A DNA stretch of 64,000 bases from Octopus vulgaris (Eukaryota), in assembly GCA_951406725.2 (NCBI GenBank), contig OX597814.1, forward strand, positions 100,750,001 to 100,814,000, given 5' to 3'. The translations under genes were made by a program, and so were the position numbers. This document shows positions 41,401 to 56,226 of this stretch, piece after piece. Each line of letters starts with the position of its first letter. Position 1 is the first letter of the stretch. The notes beneath the pieces were generated by a model. That model ran no database searches. It was not told the DNA's origin and saw nothing but the letters and a program-made list of their open reading frames with translations.

Positions 41401-42667
41401 TGTGGCTTTCTTACAATATGTTTATGCTAACCAAGATGTGTGCGTGCGTGTGTGTGTGTATGTGTGTGTGTTTGTGTGTGTGTGTGCTTGTGTCTATGTC
41501 TGTGTGTTTGTGCAGAGAGAGAAAGACACTAGAGGGAGGGACAGGGAGAGAGAAGGTGAATTTAGAAAGTTATATGTATAGATATACAGAAATAAATATT
41601 CAAGGATTACATCTGAGATTAACACTAAAAATAAAAGTGAATATGCGTAGGAGTAGAGAAAACTAGATTTCATAAGAATAACTAATTACCCCACCCACGC
41701 ACACATGTGGTTGTATGTACATCTACATATATGCATAAACGTATATGTATATGCATACATATATATACATATATAAGTGTGTGTGTGTGCTTTTGAGTAT
41801 GTGTGTATGTGTGCATTAGTATAGGCTTACATGTATGTATGTACGTATGAATGCATGTGTGTATAGGTGTGTATTTATAGGTATATTTATAATTCTACAC
41901 GCATATCTATGTATGTAAACATGTTTGTAGAAGTGTGTGTGTGTCCGCGTGTGTGTGTATTCGAATCGTTCGTCTAAATATTTAAGTATTAACAGTTTTT
42001 ATTTTCCTTATACATGCAGTAAGACTTATAAATGGGCGAATGTCTGAAGAATGAATACAATGAACGACTGAAGTTTCCCTTTGTAATAGTAGATGTAGAT
42101 TCGTTTGCATAGAGCGACGTGGTATTGCATACAATGGGGGAAGACAACAACTTCACACTTAGCTATTAAATTCTACCCAAGCAGTTTACTAGAATGGTGA
42201 TGACGAGAGGGGGAAAACAGTTTTGCATGGAGAAGCAGTACGTGTCAAGTTTCACAGCTCATTAGTTAGACTTATGCCGAAGCGTCGGCGATTTGACGTT
42301 TATCGCCAGCTTATGACTAAAGAGAAAAACGAAACATATTCGTTTCTTTTCAAAAGCGAACTAAATAGATGCGTCTCCACTACGGAAATGCTTGAAATAC
42401 GAAACAGTAAAACTTGTAATTTATAAGAGCTAAATAATGGCATAAATCGGAAAAATTGTGTGATGCTAGCGCCAACGTTCTGACAGAAACATGCCAAAGC
42501 AATAGAAAGTAAATAAAGAAATATTGTAGATGGGTGTAAAGAGATAACGAAAGAAACGAGTAAACAATAGCCGTGAGTGTTGGCGGTGGCTGGAAGGAGA
42601 TGGACGGTTGAAAAGAATGGAAAATCACTAATAGATATGTTGGTACAGACACACACAAACACGCACA

Positions 42668-42723
<56 letters not shown>

Positions 42724-43184
42724 GTGAGACTCCAATATAGATAAGTACATGTGTGTGTGTGTGTGACAGAGAGAGAGAGAGAGAGATAACGATACGCATT
42801 GTATTACGTATTGTTATTTTCATATGCAGCTTAAGTAATTTTGCTGTACCCACATGCACTCAAGACACGAACACACATTCACTCACACATTCACGCATAT
42901 TCACATATATTTCGTGTGTGTGGGTAGGTGTGGGGTGCATGACTGTGTTTACGTGTGTGTTTCTAAATAATAAAATTACCATCAAAATAGCTGTTTTAGT
43001 TAAATGTATGTATAAATGTTTGTCATATATACAATAGGTATGTTTGACAGAAATAGAGTTTCGCTGGACAGGAATAATCCGTTCATACATCATTATTATA
43101 AATCAGTACGGCATATTGTATATATTTGCACATACACGCACGCATATGTATATGTATGCATATATATGCATATATACACACACG

Positions 43185-43222
<38 letters not shown>

Positions 43223-43224
43223 AA

Positions 43225-43580
43225 GGCGCAGGAGTGGCTGTGTGGTAAATAGCTTGTTTACCAACCACATGGTTCCGGGTTCAGTCCCACTGTGTGGCAC
43301 CTTGGGCAAGTGTCTTCTACTATAGCCTCGGGCCGACCAAAGCCTTGTGAGTGGATTTGGTAGACGGAAATTGTGTGTGTTTGTGTGTCTGTGTTTGTCC
43401 CCCTAGCATTGCTTGACAACTGATGCTGGTGTGTTTATGTCCCCGTTACTTAGCGGTTCGGCAAAAGAGACAGATAGAATAAGTACTGGGCTTACAAAAG
43501 AATACGTCCCGGGGTCGAGTTGCTCGATTAAAGGCGGTGCTCCAGCATGGCCGCAGTCAAATGACCGAAACAAGTAAAAA
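43225..43580 (+). mobile_element. SINE family A, full length
   Basis: Same head, core and tail as 35666. Confidence 0.9.
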
Positions 43581-43624
43581 ATAGAGAGTAAGAGTATATA
43601 TATATATATATACATATATATATC

Positions 43625-43797
43625 ACCGAGATCACCGTGACCGACCAGACTATCAGATGTTGCTACACATCGCTGGAATGTTTTAGCCTTCAAATGACGC
43701 CACCCTGCTGGCTAAGCAAGTAGGCCCACAGGAGAAAGAGTGAGAGAAAGTTGTGCCAAAAGAGCACAGAAGGGATCGCCACCACCCCCTGCCGGGG

Positions 43798-43798
<1 letters not shown>
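43625..43798 (-). mobile_element. SINE family C, 3' part
   Basis: Homologous to 2668-2845. Confidence 0.75.
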
Positions 43799-43896
<98 letters not shown>

Positions 43897-43984
43897 ATGT
43901 ATGTGTATATATGTATATATAATATATATTTGTGTGTGTGTATTTGTATATCTGAATATGTATTACATACGTATATATATATAT

Positions 43985-44330
43985 ATCAAAATAAACATCA
44001 AGAATATCCACAGGTAATGCAGTACGATTGTTTCATGCGACTCCATTTAATTGAACAATGCAATCATTTCATTACATCAATTTAAAATCGCCATCTGCAC
44101 AAAGTGCAAATTAGTATAATTTTACCTAAAATCTCCAAGAGGTTAAGGAGATACACAAAGAACATGTTGTACCAACAACATCATAGTTGTTCAATTAAAT
44201 GGAGTCCCATGAAACGATCGTACTGTATTAGCTCTGGATATCCTGCTTGCTTATTTTGATGTTAATCACCTTATTTTGAAATTGCATGGATAATACCGTA
44301 CTAAATTCTGGTGCCCCAACTTAAGTACCA
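43985..44330. mobile_element. Inverted pLTR pair with HHR 3' half
   Basis: Arms at 43985-44058 and 44187-44260; GAA-ACGATCGT-A at 44211-44222. Confidence 0.7.
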
Positions 44331-44341
44331 CAGTCATCTGA

Positions 44342-44395
<54 letters not shown>

Positions 44396-44407
44396 GTATA
44401 TATATAT

Positions 44408-44461
<54 letters not shown>

Positions 44462-44538
44462 TTTGCATACATAATATATAGATACATGCATACATACATA
44501 TATATGTATGTGTGTATGTATGTATGTACGTATGTATG

Positions 44539-44572
<34 letters not shown>

Positions 44573-44629
44573 TGTATGTATGTATGTATGTATGTATTAT
44601 GTATGTATGTATATATATATATATATATG

Positions 44630-44870
44630 CACAGAGTTGTCGAAAAGTCACCCGACAATATTTCAAAATTCCATAAATACTTAATATTCAATTTTATTTA
44701 TTCATTCCATTCCAATTATGAATATTTAATCATTCAATGCTGTTAGTTGAAATAACCGTCTTTTTTTCAACATTTGTCCATTCATTAGCGAAGTCTCATA
44801 TAAAATAATTTTTTGTTGTAATCTTGGGGTTAAATGGTTTTGATATAATGTCAGGTAACCTTTGTCAAAC
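44630..44870 (-). mobile_element. Mariner 3' relic with TIR
   Basis: Minus strand MDKC*KKDGYFN* resembles a mariner C-terminus; TIR-like acagagttgtcgaaaagtcacccgaca. Confidence 0.5.
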
Positions 44871-44881
44871 CCTCTAAGTAT

Positions 44882-44928
<47 letters not shown>

Positions 44929-45033
44929 TATGTATATATATATATACATATACATACATGAATACATGCATATATATAAATATATATATATACACACATA
45001 TATATATGCATATATATATATACCTATATGTGC

Positions 45034-45072
<39 letters not shown>

Positions 45073-45178
45073 CATATATGTTGTTTCTGTGCTTATATAT
45101 ATATATATATATGTATGTATATATGTTTGTACGCATGCATACATGCACACACGCACACATATATAGAGACAGACAGAC

Positions 45179-45268
<90 letters not shown>

Positions 45269-45693
45269 GGCGAGAGAGAAGGAGGGATAGTGAGCGATAT
45301 TCTGCTCCCTAGATTTTAGAGCTTCCCGTACAATACCAACCACCTTTGTAACTTGTGATGCAGACGGGCGCTTGCTAACCTTTCATTTCTGCTTCTTTTC
45401 TCCTCTCCTACGGGGCTTATATCCTCCCTCACGTTGCCTTTTGCCCTTATTCTTCCTTCTCTCTTCTTTTAACCTTTACATCCCTGGCAGTATATATGAA
45501 CTGCTTTTGCCAAAATTCTATTAATGAATGTAGCCGGGCTTATCGTAATTTCTTTGTGTAACTGTTTTACTGGTTGCATACCCAGTACTTGTTGCTCTTT
45601 CCATCAGTAAATTGCGAACATTACGATTACTATGTAGATCCGAACTTTCTGAAACAGCGGTCGAGTTAAGATATCATTTCTCTTCTTCCTATT

Positions 45694-45900
45694 TCGGCGA
45701 GGTGGCAGAATCGTTAGCACGCCTGACAAAATGCTTAGCGGTATTTCGCACGTCGCTACGTTCTGTGTTCGAATACTGCTGAGGTTGACTTTGCTTTTCA
45801 TCCTTTCGTGGATGATAAATTAAGTACCAGTTAAACACTGGGGCCGATGTAATCGACTATCCCCCTCCTCCAAAATTCAAACATTCTGCTGTAGTAGAAA
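45694..45900 (+). mobile_element. SINE family B
   Basis: cggcgaggtggcagaatcgttagcacg...gactttgcttttcatcctttcg. Confidence 0.85.
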
Positions 45901-47009
45901 GGATTATTAATGTTCTTAATGTTCTGTATTCTTTATGGCCTGTGTAATATGTTCGTGTATATATATATATGTGTGTGTGTGTGTGCGTGTGTGCGTGTGT
46001 GTGTATGTGTGTGTGTGTATGTATATTGAATATATATAAATAATATACATATATGCATGTATACATACATATATGTACATACATACACATTTATGTATAT
46101 AGGTGCGCATATATGGGTACAGGACGTCATAAAACGTAAACAACATGAAATACGAAAGTAAAGTTGGGTATGCAAAGAAAGAGAGAAACAAATTGTAAAC
46201 AAGACTAGTAACATAAAAAAAACGACCCTTCCTGTGAACAACGAAATCTTCAAATGGTGATGAATTTGTAAATCTGTGGAGAGCTGAATTTTATAGTCTT
46301 ATATTTTTGGATGATTCCCGCCTCATCTCGACTTGAACTCTCGTTCGTGGGGAAGACAGAATTCAGCTTTATTTTTTGCCCTACATGGATCAGTAATGAA
46401 GTCAATAACAACATATTTCTTTCTTTTTTTTATTGGTGAATAATCAATCAATTAAAATCTCTTTCCGAAGCAAATTTTCGTAGATAAAACATGTCTATAG
46501 CTTTAATGTCCTTTTCAACGGTATTAATATTTCATTATTGCGAAACTTTTACTGTATACAAGTAGTGAAATGTTAAACATTTATCATCTGTGTAACAATA
46601 CCAATACCGGAAACAGGATAGAGTTGGTTCCGTAGTAACCAGTGTTCCTGTGAGGTCTCAAGTATCAACGGAAAGTCGTCAGATTGTCATCACGGTCAGC
46701 TGATTCCAAATTGATCGGAAATAGAGATGTTAGTGATAATGTTGATGGCAAACACCACCAGGTTGATGGAGCTAAAGATGAATCCTAGACCACGCACAAC
46801 AACACATAGCTTTATTGATAATGATGATGATGATGAGCAGGAGGAGAAAGAAAATTCGGGAGGAGGAAGAGGAAGACGATGACGAAGGTAGTGGTGGAGG
46901 GATAATGGTGAGGATGATGATGGTGGTGATTATGTTGATGATGGCACTGCTGCTGTTGATGATGATGATGATGATACGATGGAGTTATTTATAATAAATA
47001 TTGCTTTCT

Positions 47010-47445
47010 AATTTTGGCACAAGGGTTAATTTCGGGTTAGAAATAAGTCGATTACATTGACATCAGTGCTCAAATGGTGTTTATTTGTCGACCCCGGAAG
47101 GATGAAAGGTAGGCTGACCTCTGCGGAATTTGAACTCAGAAAGTAAAAACCGGAAGAAATGGCTGCTAAGCATATTACACAGCATGCTAACAATTCTGCC
47201 AGCTCACCGCCTTAATAAATGTAATAATATTGGTAGCAAATTTTAGCACAAGGCCAGCAATTTCATGGGAGAGGCTAAGTCGATTACATCGATACTAGTG
47301 CTGAAGTGGTACTTATTTCATCTACCTCGAAAGGATAAAAGGGTAAAGTCGACTCCGGCGGAATTTGAACTCAGAAAGTAAGACGGGCGAAATGCTGCGA
47401 AGCATTTTGTCTGACGTGCTAACGATTCTGCCAGCTCGCCGCCTT
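47010..47445 (-). mobile_element. Two tandem SINE family B copies
   Basis: Both end on the plus strand in ttctgccagctc(a/g)ccgcctt. Confidence 0.85.
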
Positions 47446-47461
47446 ACAGAAAAAGTAATAA

Positions 47462-47834
47462 TAACGCCAGCACTGAGAGAGTGCAAACCTCCGCCAAGGC
47501 AACACCAACGTCCTCTCAACGATTAGCCGGATATGATTTTTAAAATGAGAATATCTGAAATAAACTTGACTGCTCCCACAAAACGAGAATACTAAAAATG
47601 AACCCGAGCACTCTCAAACATTAAGCAAAAAATAACTGGAAAAATAATCCAGAAACTTTGTCCGGTACCGGAGCGGTCAAAAAATCTAATCAGTTCGTGC
47701 CAGTCACGAGACCAAATGAAGCCCGAAAGTTTCATCCGAATCCATCCAGCGGTTCTTGAGATATCTTGTCCATGAACGAGCAAACAAACACGACTGAAAC
47801 AATAGCTCTGCCTTCGCTAAACCGGAGGAAATAA
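47462..47834. mobile_element. Helentron-associated (HINE/DINE-like) non-autonomous element
   Basis: Subterminal acctccgccaaggc, terminal stem-loop ctctgccttcgctaaaccggagg, internal gtttcatccgaatccatccagcggttcttgagatat motif. Confidence 0.6.
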
Positions 47835-48181
47835 TGTTACTGATGAATTCAGCGGAGAAGCACTACAATTATTACCAACAACATTATCAACACTACCGCT
47901 ATCTCCACCGACAATACCAGCCCCACGACCACGGCCGTGACCGCCACCACCAACTCTATTATCATCATGAACATCATCATTGTCATCATCAGCACTACAA
48001 CCATACGAACAACAACACTGCCACCACTATACACCTCCACAACCGTTACCATCATCGTCAGTATCATTATCATTATCAAGGTCATCGTCGTTGTCTTCAT
48101 CATCAGCATCATCATCATCCACATATACACACACATATATATATATATGTTATAATGTATCATATATGTGTTTATTATATA

Positions 48182-48985
48182 CTAGCAGTAATACCCGTCG
48201 TTGATTGGGTAATTAGCTAGAAAATGGGTAATGCATATAGAGAAGCTAGAAAAATGGCTGTATCACACACAAGAATAGCTTCTTAAATCCGGGTGACTGC
48301 GATGGCCATGGAAAGGCTACAGGTCAAGTGAAACATCATTGCTCATTTAGAAAAAGCATTGCACATCGTTTGGTTCGTGTTCGTTTTATGACGGTCTTTT
48401 TTTAGTAGACATTTTTTTTATTAGGTATATCAGAAACTAATAGTGAAATGAAATAACAAAGGCCGTGTCCTTTCAGTGTTAGTGCTGAAATTCCGACGCT
48501 ATATTACAGGAATGGAAGGCAAGGCAACAGTAAGTAATAGTCCAATGAAATTACAAATTCTGTGCCCTGTCAATCAGATTAAGTTTGCTCGTCCTGTATG
48601 TGTGTACTATACATTAGAAAAAAACATGTAATAATTGAAGTAGCAAACAATGGATTTCATATACGAATTTTTGTTTGTTCTTCAAGTAGCAATCCAGCAA
48701 CTTTTATTGCTTGGCCCCGACTTTTACTAATGCTCATGGCAAAAGAAAGTGGGATAGGAAATTGCAAGGGATTAAAGTTGATTGTGACATTAGATAGTAT
48801 AACTAGTGTGCGAGGAACGAAGATGGTGTCACGTTTACCACAACCAGTGAGAATATTTGTCTCAGTGCAGTTCGTCGTAGGTTTGTGCACAATTAGTGTT
48901 GTCACCTTTCAACTATTTACTTTCACTTTATAGGACAAACAAACACATAAACAGATAGAATCTGTCTTTGATATATATATATATA
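48182..48985 (-). mobile_element. Internally deleted Helitron with helicase C-terminal remnant
   Basis: ORF 48657-48905, ILTGCGK..IFVPR...LQFPIPLSFAMSISKSRGQ (PIF1 motif AMSINKSQGQ). The minus-strand 3' end has a hairpin followed by CTAG at about 48182-48210. Confidence 0.85.
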
Positions 48986-49046
48986 TAGGTTTATAAATAG
49001 ATACGTTCAGATCAGCGCGCGTGCACATACGTGGAAATGTTGGACT

Positions 49047-49093
<47 letters not shown>

Positions 49094-49131
49094 ATGTATG
49101 TATATACGTATATATAGGTATATGTATATAC

Positions 49132-49197
<66 letters not shown>

Positions 49198-49228
49198 ATG
49201 TGATAGATAGATAGATAGATAGACAGGC

Positions 49229-49298
<70 letters not shown>

Positions 49299-49938
49299 AC
49301 GCACACACATATATAACGCAGTACGACAATAATTATTCGATATATACGCATAAAGATCTTTCTTTTGCTTCCCATATATTTCCCATTCCCATTCTTGCAA
49401 CCAGCGCATACACATGTTTGTACTTATTTTCTGTGACTTAGTTATTTGTTTTGATTTATCCTTTTCATACCTATTGGCTTCCATTTAATCTCTTGATTTT
49501 TCAAATCTAATGTCAACGATTAGTTTGGAAGGTGGCGAGAAATAATGCATTAACTGTTATTAGAATGCTGGAAGAAAAATAAATGAAACAAAACAAAACA
49601 TATTTTTGATACACAGGTGTTGAAATAAATAACATTACCAGGAAGACAATTCAATACATCTGAAGACGAATTAGAAATTAACTGGAAGCTATTTAAACAG
49701 ATATTGCATTACACTAGTTGGCACATCGAGCAAATGTGTATAAGAAAAGAGGAAAGATATATGATTAAGCTTAGTCACAAGATGTCACGTTTATAATGGT
49801 TCTTAAGACACTAATGTATAGGTGTGTATGTGTGTGCTTAATATAAAACGCACGCAATAATCTGTTCATGTGCGTTATATATAAATGCATATACGTTTTA
49901 ATACATATACGCAGATACATATATATTTGAATTCATTC

Positions 49939-50031
<93 letters not shown>

Positions 50032-51482
50032 GACAGAGAGAGACAGAGAGAGACAGAGAGAGAGACAGACAGACAGACAGAGACAGAGACAAAGACAAAG
50101 AGGGTAGAGAGAGGAGGAGAGACAGACAGAGGTAGACAGGTAGAGAGACATAGAGACACAGTGAGAGATAAAGAAGTGTTTCTGTGTGGGCATATATTGA
50201 CAAACGAAATAATGAAGCACTCAGACTGGATTCATATTCGTTGGGGAACGTTTGGAGACTTCGTACACTGTTGCCAACGCATAAGAGCAATAATTTAAAT
50301 AATACACAAATAGGCCAAGTCTCATAGGCGCAGACATTTCAAATATTCCGAAACGTAGGACGAGAAAGTATAGCTGGCTAGATTGCGATAATGCATGACT
50401 GCGCAAACCTCTGTCCATGGAATGCTATTTGATTCTCGCTATCTTTTACCTGAATAAGCCTTACACACTAAGCGTCTGAGAGCTATTCAGTGGAAACATC
50501 CTTCAATAATAATTCTTATCTCCGTTAAATGATATTAGTGATGGTTTTAATATTTGAAATGTTTGTGTTCGATACGACCATTGACTGAAATATGTATGAG
50601 CTTAAATGCTGAGTTTCCATGGGATTGGGAAAATTTATGATTGATCATTTAGCTTCGTAAAAAATTGAAATAATTTCTCTCCTGCTCTTAATGTAAATGA
50701 TAGCAACTCTTATCACTAATGACCTTTGAAAGTGTTCCTAATGTATCTCTGTACTCTTCTCTCATGTAGCCCATGGGATTACAGAGATATCTGGCATATG
50801 CACACGTTGGAACATCATGAGCATGTGGGTTGGCTGATTGAGAGGCTTCGCTAGATATAAGATGCTTGTAGACCTCGGATGACTTTGTTTCCAGTGTGTC
50901 ATTCGGTCATCAACATTATCCACGCAGCAATAGCTTATATCCACAGCACGTGCGCAAAAATGATGAATTTGTATTTTTGTCGGAAGTATTATATTTCGTG
51001 ATAATGAAAAAGGCAAAGAGCTTCTGAAAAACACGGTGTTGTAGAGTGGCTGATAAATGATATACATAAGGAATACCGCATATTCCTAGAGTATGTAATA
51101 CATTTATATATAGAGAATAAGGTAAAAATTTTAGGAAGAAAACGAAATAAGGTGAGACAGTGAAGAAAGACAAATATACACACATATTTCTACCTATATA
51201 CGTACACATATATGTACATAAATGTATTCGCACACACACACACACACACACAAACACACATACACACATATATATATGTAGTCGTCAATAGCTACGTTTT
51301 TACATATTCATTCATTAGTAGAAACAGAAAGAGATGAATTAAAGGCGAAATGGAAAAGGAACGAAAATATAATAAATGGAAACGAACGTGAAGATTGTAG
51401 GTTGTATGGTTGAACGAATGTTTTTAAGTCAAATATGTGCACTTGACAGCCATAAAGACACACACACTCACACATTTGTATG

Positions 51483-51525
<43 letters not shown>

Positions 51526-52025
51526 CATCATTTTCAGTTGATAGCATACTTTATATACCAGTACGTAGACATATTTTATATATGCACAAACACACACATA
51601 TATGTCTGAGCTTAGACATAAATATACACGTATATGTATATAAGGATGTATACACGCGCGCGCGCACACGCATACACAATCTCATACGTATGCATACATA
51701 CACGCACGCGCACACAAAAACAGAGAAAAAGACAGAAAGGGAGAAGGCAAACAGAGAAACAAACAAACGCACCAATCGGTTAGCGAGCCGTAGTCAGTTA
51801 GACAAGCAGATATTCTCATAAGACAGATAGTTAGGCCTAGAAATATTCGATGAAATGAAGATAAGTTATAAAAGCAGTCAGAGCAATATGAATTCAATTA
51901 GCGTTTGGTTTAAAGCAATGTAGAGAGTGAGAAAATAGTTTTCTCACAAAATTCTTTCAAGGTTTTATCTTTTGTGTTAGGTTATTGTTTTCAATTTTTA
52001 TACAGATACACACATGCATACATAC

Positions 52026-52061
<36 letters not shown>

Positions 52062-52307
52062 TCATATGTGTGTATATATATACATATATATGTGTGTGTG
52101 TGTGTATGTGTGTGTGAGGGTGTGTGGGTGTATTTGTATTTGTTTGCTCTATTTTTTCTCCTTTCTTTCGTTTTCTTTAAAGCTGGTTGTTTTGATTTAG
52201 ATTTTATAAATTCCTCTCTTGGCATTTGATGATATTCTGTTGAATTTAGTGCGAATACGTATAAATGTGTAAACATGCATATATATATATATATGTATAT
52301 ATAAATA

Positions 52308-52409
<102 letters not shown>

Positions 52410-52584
52410 AGCTTAGAGAAGAAGAAGAAACAAAACGAAACCGAAACGAATCGAATCGAATCGACGCGAGGGCACTCAGTCATACAATAGTGTAATAAAT
52501 AAAAAAAATAAAATACATGCATACATACAAACATATATGTACGTACCTACATCTACATGTATATACACATGCATATATAGATAT

Positions 52585-52830
52585 ATATATACGTTTGTAC
52601 AGGACACCACAAATAGACGTAGAACTCAACGAGAAACGAAAAAGTAAAACCAACATGGAACGGACCATTTTTTTAACAGCGAAAAAACAGAGTACAAGAC
52701 AACTACACAAGGAAAAATCCCCTTCATCAGCTGTCCCTAGTTCAACTCCAATGTGTTTCGAAGGTGAGGACAGAACACGTCTCGCCGAACTAATCCTTCC
52801 TGCGAAAGAATTAAATATGTATATAATTAA
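52585..52830 (-). mobile_element. Short interspersed repeat with permuted hammerhead-like motifs
   Basis: Minus strand has CCTTC-GAAACAC upstream of CTGATGA-AGGGG. A related tail lies at about 46115-46232. Confidence 0.4.
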
Positions 52831-52876
52831 AAATGTATATAAATATCCATTCAAATAGACACACGTGCATACTCTA

Positions 52877-52927
<51 letters not shown>

Positions 52928-54895
52928 CACATATATACACACATATATATATATACACATATATATATACATGCATCTCTATATATACATATATATACAC
53001 ACACATTATACACTCATACATACATACACACACACGCACACACACACACATACATTGTTTGATGTCAGCTAGCCGAACTAAGTAGACTGGTAATTTTTCT
53101 TTTTTAATAGTTTAGCTGATCTCAAATACAAAAAAAGTTCATATTTTTCATCCGATGAAATAGTGTACTCTTACGTTATCTTCTATGCCACGATCCATGC
53201 GCTGGGAAGCAGGGCTTTTCATTTCAATTTTCAATGGTGTTTTGTTTCTCTGCACAAGCAGTTATAAGTGTTCAAATATCCTTGACATGAAACAGTTTTG
53301 AATTCATAACAAAGCTGTTGACTGATTGTAATACTTCTGACGTTCAGAATCTTATACATTTTTAAGACTTGTATTTACTTAAACACTGTTTAAAATCTCC
53401 AAGTATGTTCAAACTTGCTGACAGATACATGTGTATAGTACTCAGAAATTAAATGTCGGATCGTGTCGTTAGTGTCGGTGAAATCTGTTTGACATGACTA
53501 GTATTACTTATTTTTGTGTAACACAGGCATAACTAGTATTACTCATTTTTTGTAGCTCAGATGCAGCACGAATTTTGTCAGTGAACCGGTTGCGGTCTGA
53601 AAGCGAGGGAAATATTTTGACAAATTAAATTTAAATGTTGAAGTGAATCTAATAGATTTTGTGTGTTTCTTAAATGACTTATGACCACCTTCCACGCTGC
53701 AGTTGTTTTCGTTCCAGCACGCAATCTCAGATCAGGTCACTTGCTATGCAAGTACATCTACAAGTTTATTTTAATGATTATTACAAATAATAATAAAATA
53801 TAAAATAAAATAGTAGCACCAGCATTATTCTCGATTTCAGGCTACATGCAACATGTCTAATTATATATTAATTGGATATCAAGAAGTTGTTCGTTTAATT
53901 CGGAATTAATTCGAAGGCAAAGTGAGGCGGATCTAGAGAGATGCAAAATATATAGATTTAGTTTACAAACACAAACACATACACACACACACACCCACAC
54001 ACACACACACCCATGTATGCGCTTGTGAGTCTGTGTGAGTCTGTGTGTTTACATGAGTGCGTAAGTGTATGTGTGTGTGTGTATGAGTGTGTACGTATGT
54101 ATTATACCATACTTTGAAACTGTGTGGACAGTGTTCTATAATGATAGACCGCTAGTGTATGCGTACTAAGAATTATAATTTAGTAAAAAAAATTAGATTA
54201 TATATCTTAGGTTAGTGAATATGGTATGTATACATACAAGCCCGTGATTCGTGTGTTTTATGAGTTGTATTTTAGACTGATACCAAATTCCGCGGTTGTT
54301 CTTTTTACGGATTCAAATTTTGGCTAAGATATTGCATATACAAGGGATTCTAGTTTAGGAAGCATAATTGCATGTTCAGTGTGTGTGAGTGTGTGTTTAT
54401 GTATATACATATGCGCGTTCATGTAACTTTGTGTGGACGCTTAAAACTATTACCATCCACATTCTTTTGATATGCGCAAGTAAAGTTTGAAACAACACGC
54501 TCTACCTTTAAACGAGAAGAGCAAGATTTTTCTTTTAATTTCAGATATCATTCTTCTAGTTCTAGGGATGACTGTACTATATATATATGACTGTAAATAT
54601 ATATATATATATATATAAATAATTAATTAATAAGGGTGAGAGAATTAGATACTAATTTAATAGTATATCTATTCAACACCAAGTGGCCTAGTGCTCCGAG
54701 AAACCTGGATTATTATAATATTTTATAACATATTATAATATTTTTACAAAATAAATATAAGAGAGTGGTCACTATGTGGCTCACTCCAGCACCAGTTAAT
54801 CCAAAAGGTTTCAACCACGAAAATACATGTTTCCCATGAAAGTCAGTACGATTGTTAGCTCACACGGACAGGGCAAATAAAAAATAACAAAAATA

Positions 54896-54992
54896 CAGAT
54901 TATTTTGGGACAATTGTTTCGCTATTAATGAATTAAATGTAATTTTACTTACAAAAAAAATCCATTTGTAGCTCGTCAGCCAGAACTATCTG
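54896..54992 (-). ncRNA. Type I hammerhead ribozyme (predicted)
   Basis: Reverse complement of 56227-56323. Confidence 0.85.
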
Positions 54993-55431
54993 GATGAAAT
55001 CCACTCAATCACACGCCAGATTTTACCATAACGATAAATACGCGTGTGGTTCAATTGATTACATCCGACGTTATAATTCAAATGCCCCAACTAACAGCGC
55101 GGCAAACTTTCACGGAAAACAAATACAGCATTTAGAAATAAATGCAGCATAATTATAATTAATTAATAAGGGTGAGAGAATTAGATACTAATTTAATAGT
55201 ATATCTATTCAACACCAAGTGGCCTAGTGCTCCGAGAAACCTGGATTATTATAATATTTTATAACATATTATAATATTTTTACAAAATAAATATAAGAGA
55301 GTGGTCACTATGTGGCTCACTCCAGCACCAGTTAATCCAAAAGGTTTCAACCACGAAAATACATGTTTCCCATGAAAGTCAGTACGATTGTTAGCTCACA
55401 CGGACAGGGCAAATAAAAAATAACAAAAATA

Positions 55432-55527
55432 CAGATTATTTTGGGACAATTGTTTCGCTATTAATGAATTAAATGTAATTTTACTTACAAAAAAATCCAT
55501 TTGTAGCTCGTCAGCCAGAACTATCTG
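55432..55527 (-). ncRNA. Type I hammerhead ribozyme (predicted)
   Basis: Reverse complement of 56227-56323, with one fewer U in loop II. Confidence 0.85.
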
Positions 55528-56226
55528 GATGAAATCCACTCAATCACACGCCAGATTTTACCATAACGATAAATACGCGTGTGGTTCAATTGATTACATC
55601 CGACGTTATAATTCAAATGCCCCAACTAACAGCGCGGCAAACTTTCACGGAAAACAAATACAGCATTTAGAAATAAATGCAGCATAATTATAATTAATTA
55701 ATAAGGGTGAGAGAATTAGATACTAATTTAATAGTATATCTATTCAACACCAAGTGGCCTAGTGCTCCGAGAAACCTGGATTATTATAATATTTTATAAC
55801 ATATTATAATATTTTTACAAAATAAATATAAGAGAGTGGTCACTATGTGGCTCACTCCAGCACCAGTTAATCCAAAAGGTTTCAACCACGAAAATACATG
55901 TTTCCCATGAGTGACCACTCTCTTATATTTATTTTGTAAAAATATTATAATATGTTATAAAATATTATAATAATCCAGGTTTCTCGGAGCACTAGGCCAC
56001 TTGGTGTTGAATAGATATACTATTAAATTAGTATCTAATTCTCTCACCCTTATTAATTAATTATAATTATGCTGCATTTATTTCTAAATGCTGTATTTGT
56101 TTTCCGTGAAAGTTTGCCGCGCTGTTAGTTGGGGCATTTGAATTATAACGTCGGATGTAATCAATTGAACCACACGCGTATTTATCGTTATGGTAAAATC
56201 TGGCGTGTGATTGAGTGGATTTCATC

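Larger units (their letters stand above)
54619..55910 (-). mobile_element. Tandem array of 536-bp HHR units, left block (about 2.4 copies)
   Basis: taagggtgag recurs at 54631, 55167 and 55702 (periods 536 and 535). The copies appear identical except for an A-run. Confidence 0.95.

Noticed and set aside
46260-46790. Possible Gypsy integrase relic
   Set aside because: No convincing motif could be reconstructed by eye.
47834-48220. His/Gln-rich 128-aa ORF (and similar at 13720-14117 and 46820-46980)
   Set aside because: Degenerate (CAT/CAC)n trinucleotide tracts, open in several frames, with no splice or domain evidence.
50762-51067. 101-aa ORF or possible host exon (also unique-looking blocks at 33240-33700 and 42040-42620)
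   Set aside because: No recognisable domain or supportable exon structure.
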